Below, piece after piece: positions 37,127 to 48,300 of a DNA stretch of 64,000 nt. Under the pieces are notes generated by a model. That model searched no databases. It worked only from the letters and a program-made list of their open reading frames with translations, and had not been told where the DNA came from. The stretch is from Macrostomum lignano. Its lineage: Eukaryota. The DNA lies in NCBI GenBank assembly GCA_002269645.1, contig NIVC01003047.1, forward strand, positions 1 to 64,000, written 5' to 3'. The first letter of the stretch is position 1. Each line of letters opens with the position of its first letter. Position numbers and translations under genes: made by a program.

Positions 37127-38734
37127 AATAGGTTTGGCAGTAAATAATTGTTATAATTATATCAACGATTAGGTGATGATTTCTCAGGCACGAATGTAAC
37201 AAAATTATTGAAGAAAAAGAAAGTTTTCAAATAAGTTTCCACATGATTTGCGGAATTTGTCATCTTTTATGTAAAAAAGTAGAACTTCTCTTGGCTGCAA
37301 ATATTTCTACATTTAAGATAAATTTTCAACTTAATTCAATAAATATAAATAAAACCTAATGTACAGAAAAATGCTATTTAGAAAATAACCTAGGTCCAAA
37401 GTTAAGCAAAGTCTAGTAGTAGTAATACAGAGTCTTATCTTGTCTGAAATGATTTTAATGTGCTATCTTGGTTAGGAAATATTTCAATAATTCATAAAAA
37501 AATTACCTAAATGTATCGAAAAGAAAAAAACAGAAATTTTTATGTAATTTTTTAGTGACAATGCAATTTTTAGTATTTATACAAAAATGCATGCATCGAT
37601 TGTCTTTTAATTTCTTTTTCACTTACACAATTATTCAAAGCAGTGCAAAATTCTAATGTAAAGAAAATTGCAGACTAAATTCAATAAGATTATTTCTCTC
37701 TAAGCCGTTAAACCTATTGTGGAGATGGGAATGGAAATGGAGATGCTTGATTCATTTAAAAATACGGCATAAATGCATATCGCGTGATATCGGTCTCGAA
37801 CTATCGAATTAAAAAACTCGAATAGTAGCGAAATCAAGTTTGCTTCTAAAGGTAGACGCTTAGTTTGTATTGAGAAGAATTTTAGTGTAATCCTTAAATG
37901 GGTTTATATTTTTAACTTAATTTTACAAAGAGCAGAACAATAATATTTTGCTGCCAGGTGAAAACTTTTAAGGTTATCTTTGCTTTAATTGATAGAAAGA
38001 ATTTACGACATACGAAATAAAAACTGTCTAACTTAAATGTCCATATACTGATTTTTATGGATAAGAATCACGTACTTTATTCAAATGCTTTGCTTACTAA
38101 ATTAATTAAATAATTCCTTACGATTTTTTAGGACTGTTGCTCACAGCAAAAAAATTGTCCAGCACCTTTACTGCATGCATACACTCATACATCTAAGGTA
38201 CATCCTTCTTAATTACTTTAATACTGTTGCATGTCCAGTCAGTATGTTCATGCTTTTTCATGTTATTACACTTACATGTGATTAAAAGGTTGTATGCAAG
38301 CAATTCGCCAATTATTATTGTTTTACAGTTTACCTTTTGGTTAGCAAAAATTTCTTTAAAGGACAAGGACATAACTTAAATAAGTTAATTACAGTGTGGA
38401 GAGGTAGTTTAGTTTTCCTTTATAAATGCACCTTGTCAATTTAATATGAGTATTTAATATGAGTTACTTCATTTGAAACTGTAATACATGTCTTGTCAAA
38501 TTAATGTATACATGTAAATGAAGCTTTTTAGGCACGCATCCTGGCCCTTAGACCGATATATGTTAAGGGAAACAACAGAAAATTATCATTGCGTCTTCAT
38601 CGAATTTAGAATGAATATATAAGCGTATATGTACATTGTGCATGCCGTTTTGCAAAACAAATTATTGCATTTTTACTAATGCGTGAAATCTAAAATTAAC
38701 CCCTCGACTCGCATGCACTAGCAGCTATTCTAGA

Positions 38735-39065
38735 CCAAACAACAGGCACGCGCGTATTACGCGCATAAAACGCGCGTTTTCGTTTGCGTTTTACGCGCAT
38801 TTTTTATAAATTCAGTACGCGCGTAAGCGAACGCACAAAATACGCGCCTTTGGTAACACAGAAAATACGCAGCAATAACGCGATGCTGCAGACGGGTACA
38901 GGAACAGGACTAACCATACATGTATCTATAGGTTTCACGGATTCGTTTATGCTTTGAGCAAAGTATCGCGTCTAAAACGCACTAAATATGCTCGTATAAT
39001 AACGCGATATGTGTGTGACATTACGCTCTAAATATGCGCGTTTTACGCGCGTACCTGTTGCTTGG
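38735..39065. mobile_element. MITE (~330 bp) with ~30-bp imperfect TIRs
   Basis: Left CCAAACAACAGGCACGCGCGTATTACGCGCATA; right revcomp CCAAGCAACAGGTACGCGCGTAAAACGCGCATA. Confidence 0.75.
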
Positions 39066-39848
39066 GGAGGCTCAAGACCCATTGTGCTCTGTAGAAATGC
39101 TGCTGATAACTAACTGTGCATACGTGCGAGCTGCTGTAGAGGCCCCCCACCCGAACCTCACAATTAAATAGCTAGTAGATATCATAGTGCGAGGACAGCA
39201 GAGCTTTCTCTGCCTCTATATTTATACATACCTACCTTCGAATTGTTCTTGTAAGACTTGTGCCAATCTATTTTGACTGGCTACGGGACAGCAATTAGCA
39301 TTCACAATGTAACTGCTTAGTCTCTTTTGCATCACAGATGGATAGAGTTTATATAGCCAAGAAACTGTTTATTCCGCCCATCTTGCCCTAAAAACCAAGG
39401 CATACCCACAATAACGGCCAAAAAAGCTTGCACCGTAGCAGGTAAGTTTCGTTTTTGAGGCACACGTAATAATCGATAGAATGTATTGCGGCGACTTAAT
39501 CTATCTACGCTCGCATTGTTGCTTTTTCTCTAATTTGAATATTGTCTGCGATTTGCACTTTTATAGTACATAGTTTTGCGGTAGATTTGGAAATTAAGAT
39601 GGATTATTATCTCCATTTCCCTCATTATCACTCTGGTCGTTTGAGTAGAGAGAAAGAGGTTTTCGATGGCACCACAAGGGTTACCTGAAAAGTTTTTGGA
39701 CTCGACCATTTTAAGTTTTTTAAAAATCAAATTTAGTGATACTTTCATTCAAGAAAGTACATTCTTTCCTTTGTCATTTCGTAAGTTTTTAGCTTTTCAA
39801 CTCAAATTTTATTGACTCTGAGAGCACCCTAAGTGCAGCATTGTCCAG

Positions 39849-40228
39849 AAGACACAGCCTGGCGTAATGACAAACTCAACTGGCCATTATTTCAGCTTTA
39901 ACAGACGTTTGAACCATAGACGATTAGTTAAAGTATTCATATATTAACTTATATCAGCTTATTCATTTATAGTCTATGGCCCAACAGCTTTTTTATTTAT
40001 AGTCTATGGCCCAACCACCGCCCTCTTTACGCAGTCGCACGCACGCAGACTCTTACCCTGAAATAATGACCGCCTCCGGCACGCTGAAATAATGGCCAGG
40101 CTGTGTCTTATAGACAATGACGTTGCGTAGTAGGTAAGGGGCTGAAATAATGGCCATAGACACTCGTGCGCTACGCGCTACGCGCACTCGTGTTTGGCCA
40201 TTATTTCAGCCCCTTACCTACTACGCAA
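39849..40228. mobile_element. Palindrome-rich non-autonomous element with nested inverted repeats
   Basis: Perfect 34-bp IR 40123-40156 / 40195-40228; perfect 14-bp IR 39849-39862 / 40096-40109; 16-mer TGGCCATTATTTCAGC present four times in both orientations. Confidence 0.65.
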
Positions 40229-40686
40229 TCTACCATTACGTTTAGAGATGGGAGTACTTTGAGAAGATGTGAAGTTTTGGTGCGCTGCTGCCTGTCCTAC
40301 AGTGGGTTCCTACCCAGAAGCCGTCGCGCTATGGTTAGCTGCTTGTACTTTTGGGATAAGTTTGCGACACCTTTTCTGGGTTCCAAGGTCGATTAGCTAT
40401 CATCCCCAGCTCCTCAGTTCGATGCAAGATCAGATTCTTCACATTTTCACTCTAGAATCTTTACTGAGACTTTTTCGGAAATTTAAATGCCAAACACGGT
40501 CGAGTCCGCATTGAATCTGATGTTGGGTTTCCTGTTCATAGTCAGCCAGGGGATTTCCCCATGGGTGGCTCTGCCGTTGAATGAATCCTCCGCAATTACA
40601 CTATAGCAACAGTATTACTCTCCCCAAACCTTGATTGAGCAGAAAAGCAGGTCTATCAAGTATCCAAGCCCATCAGGAGAGCACAG

Positions 40687-43600
40687 ATGACTGAGAAAGT
40701 GCGTATTCGTCAGGCAGTTAACAGAGGCGATATCGAGGCAAGGACCGAGGAGTAGTCCGTGTATCGAGGCCGTTAGGGATCACCTGCAGACGCTTCCGTC
40801 GTACCGCCACAAAGACGAATTTTGTCATGACAGCGCGCGAACAGCAGCGCATAGTCGGCAGTGGGAAATGGTGCAGTTTCTTGCGCAGAGCATTAATGAC
40901 GGGAGAAAGAGAGATACGTGCTGCTTTGAGACAGCTCAAACTGCTACAATGTGCAAGCAGTGGCCTTGGCTGAATGTTTTCGTGCAGGCAATTTCTAACC
41001 GAGAGACAAGAGATCTCTGCTGCCAGAAGATCGCACCGGATGCCGCACGCAATGAGCAGTGGGAATTAGTGAGATTTCTAGTCCAGGAAGCTGCCAATCC
41101 AACTGTGAAGGATCAGCTAAGAGCTGCTGGATCGGAATCGGCTTCAAAATTCGGCCAGTGGGATGTGGCGGAATCTCTGCTACGAGAAATCGCCAACCAG
41201 GATATTCGAGACGAATGTTGCAGCAAGGTGTTGAGAACCGCTGCAGCCAAGCATCAGTGGGATTTTGTAAGACTTGTTGCACAGTTAATTCAATGCGAAC
41301 GGAAGCGAGACAGAAGCTGCGTGGAAACAGCAAAATCTGCTGCAAAAGACGGTCAGCAGGAACTCGTTCGATTTCTAGTGCAACAAATCGGAGACCAGAG
41401 TTTGAGGGACAGGTGCTGCATGGAGGCATCGGAAGCTGCTTCAAATGCGAAACGTTGGCCATTGGTGAGACTTCTTGTTGAACTGTTCGTCGACAGTGGC
41501 ATGAGAGATCGGATCTGTGTGCATGCCGCTAAGGCCGCTTTGAGATCTGGCCAGTTGGAGGAACTGATGTTTTTCGTTGAGACAGTTGCTGATCAAAGTT
41601 TAAAGGATCAATTCTGCATTGAGGCGGCGAAATCTGCTGCCAAAGAGCGCCTCTGGCGAGCGGTCGAAGTTTTGGTGATGACAGTGGTCGATCAGCGTTT
41701 AAGAGACCAGTGCTGCAAGGATGCCGTGAAATCAGCTGCGAGTGAGTGCAAATGGGAACTTGTGAGGTTGCTCGTGAGTGCTATTTCCGATCCGAATATC
41801 AGTGATCAGTGCTGCATAGAGGCAGCCAAGTGGTCCGCAAGTGTTGGAAAACAGGAGATCGTTGAATTCCTATTTCACGCTCTAAAAAATCCCGATTCGC
41901 AAATCGCCTTCCGCCGAGAATGCGCCGTGGCGGCTTGCTGTCGTTTGCGCGAAGAATTTGTGGCTTTTCTCGGCGTTGAGCCCGATTGGCTCTTCGAATT
42001 TAGCCATGTCCTCAGCTTCACAGCTTCGATGGCCATCGAGGGCCGAAATTCCGTTCTGAAGTCGACTCTGTCGAAGATGAATCCCGATCGAATCACCCAG
42101 CTGCTCTGTCTCTCAATCTCACACTGCCATGTCTCACTGGCTCTAACGCTTATGGACGACGAGAGATTCAGCAAAGAGCATGTTGATGTGCCCGACAGCT
42201 CAGGAGCAACTGCGCTCATGCTAGCGGCTGATTCTGGTCACCACGAGCTCATAGATAAGCTGTTGGATCTGGGAGCGTCAGTGAGAGCTCAAGATCATCA
42301 GGGTAGAACGGCATTGACGCGAGCCTGCGAGGCGGGTCACATTAGAACTGCAAAGCTTCTGAAAGACAGGGGAGCGAAAGCGGACCATCAAGACGGCCAA
42401 GGCCTGACGTGTACGCAGCTGGCAGAGAGGCTTGGACACTCGCAGCTGCTGCGGCTGCTGTGTCCCGAGAAAGTGAGGTCAGTTCATGCACAAATATTTT
42501 CTAAGTTCGTTGCGCTCAACAGAAGTTTTATCATTCAAACTTAGGATTGACAGAAAATTTGCAAACCTTTCAGCTGTCCGCCCATCAAGAAGCCGGTCGC
42601 TCTTTCCAGAAAACCTTCAAGTTCTTTGCCTTCGTAAGTTTTTTCCGCAAGCAGCTTTTCCATGTCTTTTACTTGCCGTCGGCATAGATGTCTACGAGCG
42701 TAGAACTTCAATAGCCACAATGGCTTTAAGTGTATAGATTTAAATGATTGCCTAATATATAAAAAAGAACTTTTTCCCCATTCCAGATTCAAAGACGATG
42801 TTCAGCAGGACGAGCAGCTCAGCGAAGAGCTGCATCAACTGCTCAGCAAAGCTGGCTTCACATCTGAGAGAGCGGAGTGCCAGCAGAGAATGGCCTGCCT
42901 GCTGGAAGGAGTCGCCAAAACTCTGACTGAATATTCCCGAAAGATGACTGGCAGCTATGCGGAGGGTTGGGCTAACAGTCTGATGCAAGTCAACGGCAGG
43001 ACAGCGGCTGACTCGGACATTGACTGGACTGTGCTTGTTCGCGGACAAACGTTTCATCTTGAAGACGGATGCGGAAAATTTCGCGAATGCAATAATGTCG
43101 AAAAACTGAAGGTTGCAGAGGGTCACGCACAGGTGACAGTAGGATCTGGTAAGAGGAACAGGGTAATGTGTAACTTTTTAGTTTTCTTGTCAAAAAGTAT
43201 TGCTCCGGCCCACTTGATTCGCAGTTGAACTTTCGCATTAGTCGCAAGTTTACCCTATCTTATTCAATCCATAGGCAGCCAGCCTGCTGTGACAGTTGGT
43301 GCATCCGGGGTGCGGCCTGCACTGGACACGTGCCACGCCATTGAGTGCTGCAGCTCGTTCTGCGAGGACAGAATTGAAAAATTAATTAAAAACTACGGCT
43401 GGGTTCACCTCGTCAGGGCTACTCGACCGAGCTCAACCAACGAGCTCAGGGTAAGTTTCAGCTTCCAAGAGAGGGAGATCATGCGACAACTGAACACAAT
43501 TCAGGGACAGCTGTTCACAATTATCAAGTTCATCTTCAAAAGGCACCTGCCGCTTAATCTCAGCACGCCCGGGCTCAAGAGCTATCACGCGAAAACGCTG

Positions 43601-44674
43601 CTATTTTTCATGCTGGAAAAGCACGGCATGGAGAATGGAGAAGCTTGGAAACCTCAGAAACTAATCTCGCTGATCAAGGAGTCACTCAGCATGCTCCTGA
43701 GCTTCATCGATAAGAGCAATTCAGCCGATGTGTGCATGCCGCATTTCTTCATGCCCGGCGCTCCGCTCTACTTCAAAAATGCTGGAATCGGTGGCGACTT
43801 TGACAACACGAAGGCGAGAATTCGAAGCCGACTCAGCGAACTTAGGGGCGACATTAGCGGAGTGCTTAAGCAGCTTAAGGTGCTAGTGAGACCTCTGGAA
43901 TCGGAGAATTTCTACTTTCACCCCTTCACGCTGTTGCCTCTGACGGCTTCGCCGGCCGAAATCGAGATAAGAAGCGGAATGGCCTTGCAGGAGCAGCATT
44001 CAAGGCTTGCGCGAGTGTACCAGGTGCTTCACCAGTGCTTGGACGAGCTGCAGTCGGAATCGAGCGACAGGGACACTCTGACTGGGCAACTCGGTCAGCT
44101 GGACCAGCTTCCGTCTTGCAAATACGCCGCCATGTGCCTGGCCGCCATTGTCAGCTTGCGGTTTGGAGAGACAGCCGAGTCGGAGAGAATCTTGATGGAG
44201 CTTCAAAAGCGAAGAGTCAAAAGTGGACTTAGCCCGAGAGAGGTTCAAACGTTGGACACAGACTGGGCTTGGCGGTTCTGCCTCCCGTGTCACAATCCGC
44301 CCCACTTCCCGTTCCTGCCCGGCTTCACGCAGTCTCTGTTCACAGCCAGACTGTCGCAGCCGAGCTCCTCTCACCTGTACGTGAACTTCCGCTGCCTGAG
44401 CTGGAGCCTCCAAGCCGAGCTGCTCCATGATCGCAGCCCAATAGTGTTCGGTGAGTGGCTGGAAGATCTGCAAGAAGACCCGGACTTGGAGGAGCTGCTC
44501 ACCCTAGCCCACTACAGCGACTGCCGTGAGCATGTGATGTTCTGCCTAGAGCAAATGGAGATTATCAGAGACGAGAGACGCGTCGCCATGGATACCCAGG
44601 ACCACGAAAAGATTCGCTGCGTGACTGAGAAGCTTCAACGGCTAAGCAAGTCTCCGCAGGCACGGCGCTCTTAA
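40687..44674 (+). CDS. Ankyrin-repeat / Mab-21 (cGAS-like receptor, cGLR) nucleotidyltransferase, ~1173 aa (1123 aa from the ATG at 40868)
   Basis: Segments 40687-40737 (tentative), 40769-42477, 42787-43148, 43275-44674; last two introns are GT-AG and in phase. About 11 33-aa helical repeats, ~3 canonical ankyrins (GATALMLAA, GRTALTRAC), then TGSYAEG...DSDIDW, ALDTCHAI, RVSFSFQE, LKSYHAKTLLF, MPHFFMP. Confidence 0.88.
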
Positions 44675-45390
44675 ACATGGAATTGACCTCTTATAATTCT
44701 ATGCTTCAGATAGAAGGACCAGTGAGCATAAATTTTTATCTAAGCACAGTAGGCATATAGGTTGTAGTGTAGTGTTAATACAGACGATAATACTTTGCTT
44801 CCAACTTTCTCACACGGTAGAGTAGCGCAGTCTGTTTGTCCTGTTCGTGTGTAAGTTGCTTTTTTGCTTCAATGTCATTGACTTATGAGTATTATCTACA
44901 CCGCACGAGGGTCACTCCGAAAGTTTTTTAGAATGTAACGGATATAGTGCTAATAACAAAACAAAACTCTAAACTTTTTTTAAGTAACTCCCTCCAGCAG
45001 CAAAACAAAAAGTTCTATTCCTTCCCTTCCATTCTAAAGACTTTCGGGGTTGACCCTCGTAAAGCCAATTTCTATACAGAGCGAGGTAAAGCTCCCTTTT
45101 GGATTAAATTTTTCTATTTGCTGTTCTGTTCTGTTTAATCCTCTTTGTATGTTCATTAGCTTTTGCTGAGAAACGACAGCTCTGCGAGGGATTAAAGATT
45201 ATAGTTTAAGTAGCTTTGATTCTTCTATAGATTTACATGTATAAGTCAGCTTGTTGAGCAAGAACGTCAAGAGTTGCTTTTATATATTTGTGCTCCAATT
45301 GCTGGGACACACATGCCCTGCCTCTGGTCGCCTACGCGTACGCTGGAACCCGCTGGACAAAATTCTAACATCCAACTGACCGAATTAGCC

Positions 45391-48300
45391 ATGTAAGTTT
45401 AAGCCATTGAAAATAGCTATCAGTTTTTATATGGATTCTGCAGTTGGCTCATCTGGTCCCAGAATCGCGAGAACAGACAAAACTGCCCCCCTTTCCCGAA
45501 TTGTGCGTACAACCATGCAGGATCCGGGAAAGGGAAAGGGGGGACAATTTTTTTATCTCATCGAATCGATCGATCGCTTGGCAATTTAATTGCGATCGTC
45601 AGTTCCCTCTGTCCAGCCTCGTGAACAACAAGCCTACAGCGGAGAGCGTACAGTAAATGTACATGTAAATCGGGGTTTTCAGGATGTTATAAAACAAGGA
45701 ATCAACTCATAGATTTGAGCGATACTTCAAATAGGGAAGTTGCCAACTGCCCTAGCTCTGTAGTATATTTTTCTATCTATCAATTTCGCTACTGGATACT
45801 TTCGTATAAGCAATGAGCCTAAAAGTTTACTAAATACGCCAGTGTAACGTCTAATATCAATAATTATGGATGTCGAAATTCTAAGCGGCGAGTCTCGAAG
45901 ATGGCGACAGTTTGTGGCAAAGAAACGGCACAACTTTCCCGAGGGGTGAGTTTTAAGTGCATGTACCAGCATTAGGATCATAATTGGTGAAAATTTTAAG
46001 CTTCAGCTTCTGCGCTAGCGGTTCTTGAAATAGCTGTCGATGCATGTATATAGAAAAACGATGTTAATTCTGTGATTTTACGAGTAATTAATGTAATGTC
46101 ATATGGTAGTACCGTAATTTCACAACGTCCAATACAACAACTGCCGATGATTTTAATAAAGCAACCTTACGCATGTTGCATCGTAAATGTACAATTGTTG
46201 TCCTGGATATGCTTTAAGCCCTACATTATTGTCAGGTTCCCCTGTCGAAATCTAAACACTGCAATGGACTCCCTTTGTGCATGAAAATAATTCGTTCTCA
46301 AATTTTAACAAATTATTGGTGTAGTGTCGATATTAATGTATCAATGACAAATTTTAACAGTGAACTAACATTTTATACTGATCAACAAGCTATACATGTA
46401 CATTTCCAGTAGAGCTAGTGTTATCGTTAACAAATTTAGCTGTGCACCATTCCGACGATGCACCGTATACACGTATACACGTTCGTATACGTAAATATAC
46501 TCTTCATTTCCGGCGTACAAACGCTAGCTTGAAGGACGACTAGTGTACTACATAAAAGTACTTTAACATGTACCTTTAAATAAAAGTTTAAATAAAATTA
46601 CATATTTCATTTGGGTAACAGTAATTAGCTTTTTATATTTGGCCAGCTCACGTAGCTTAATGGAAAAAAGAGATAGTGACTTTTTTATGCGATGGCTTGC
46701 AGAAAATGTACAGTTTTTGGCTACACGAGGCTTAAAGACTTCAGGTTAAGTTATCACGAATTAAATTGACAATATCGCTACGTTTAAACAAAGATATATA
46801 CCATTTATTAGTCCTGGCAAAATATTGCTTTGATAAAGTTGGTCTAAATTATAAAATGTTGTTAAACTCGAATATTAGCAACAGGGCCCATATTACGAAT
46901 GCTGTGTTAGAAAGTGATAGAGTTTAAATGTAAAATTTTCCTGGAAGTACTGTCGTTTGCCCACGTAAACAGTTTCGAACTGGTGGCACTGGTACTGGTA
47001 GCAGACTGCAGAGGCATATGTCTTAATCAACAACTATTTAAGCGGGTTAAGTGTTAGTTTAGAGCCCGAAAACTTATATACATTAAAATTTCTCGGCAGT
47101 ACGCAAAGTTTTTAAAATTGAAACACTGGTAGAAAAATATCCGCGTTAGACACTTAACAATGTTTGCAAGGGAGATTGAGTCGTAAGTTTCTTTTTGAAT
47201 TTAATGCTGGTTGTACATTATCTCTTTTATTTCACATGAATCTAGAACTTTCAGGTCTATTGGCGGGTCAAATTTCAGGTCAAATGGCAATTGTTTCTTA
47301 GATGTTGAACTTTTTGTGCAAACATTGTACAGTTTGAACTTCTGGTTGATCTTTGTCCTAAGACATGATTTACTTCTTACATATAACCAGCCTACCAGTA
47401 TTAGTTTAACAGTTTGCTCAAGCACCTCATCCAATAAAAAAATTATACTATATTTTTTAGGTTTTTTATGTGCCTGAATTCCTAATGCTTAAAAACCTTC
47501 AAATTTAATATCACATATATCTTCTTTTGAAAATTGATAATTCAAAAAATGTTTTATAGTATATAGTAACGCTAGTATTAAATATAAATATAACAGATGC
47601 AGTTTAATTATTGTAAATCTTATTATTATGGAATAGCTGTTTAATTCTTTGGACTACTCTTGTTTTTAAATTAAATACCTTTATTATAATATATAATGTT
47701 AAGCTAATAATTCATATTTATTAGCATTTGATTTTAGTTTATTGCTTTTATTAAGAAATATTTATTTACCATTTATATTTCATAGCTATAAACCCAAAAT
47801 CATATTGCTAAACTGAATGCTTAAATATTACTAGTTTACTTTTATCTGTTCTTTATTTTTATATTTAAACAACTAGACTTATTTTTATTTAACTCTTTCT
47901 TTTATATCCATAAAAGCAGACTTCAGCTTTCATCATATCTATTTGAAGCATTTACAATATTTACAAGTTTATTTAAGTTTCTCAGCAATTTTTTTATAAA
48001 TAACATTGAAACAAATATTATATTAAAATAATTATACTATAAAATACCAATGAAATGCAACCTGTTCATAAATAAACTGTAAATATTGTGTCTAGTCCAA
48101 TAACCAGGCTCATTTCTACACTGTCTACCAACCAGGTCGGTGCAGATGCGGCTGTACACACTTAGCAAGCGCAGCTTTGTATTGGTCTTCCTAGTCTTCT
48201 TTGCCTGCTTTGGCCTGGCAGTGTTTGTTGGCCTGCTGGGACCACCAATCATCCAGCAGTCGGTGCAGAATGCCAGCAGCTTGAAGCCAGCGCCAACTCC

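Noticed and set aside
29202-44674. Bacterial CBASS/Avs defence island or contaminant
   Set aside because: Both genes have multiple in-phase spliceosomal introns and sit among animal genes; no operon structure.
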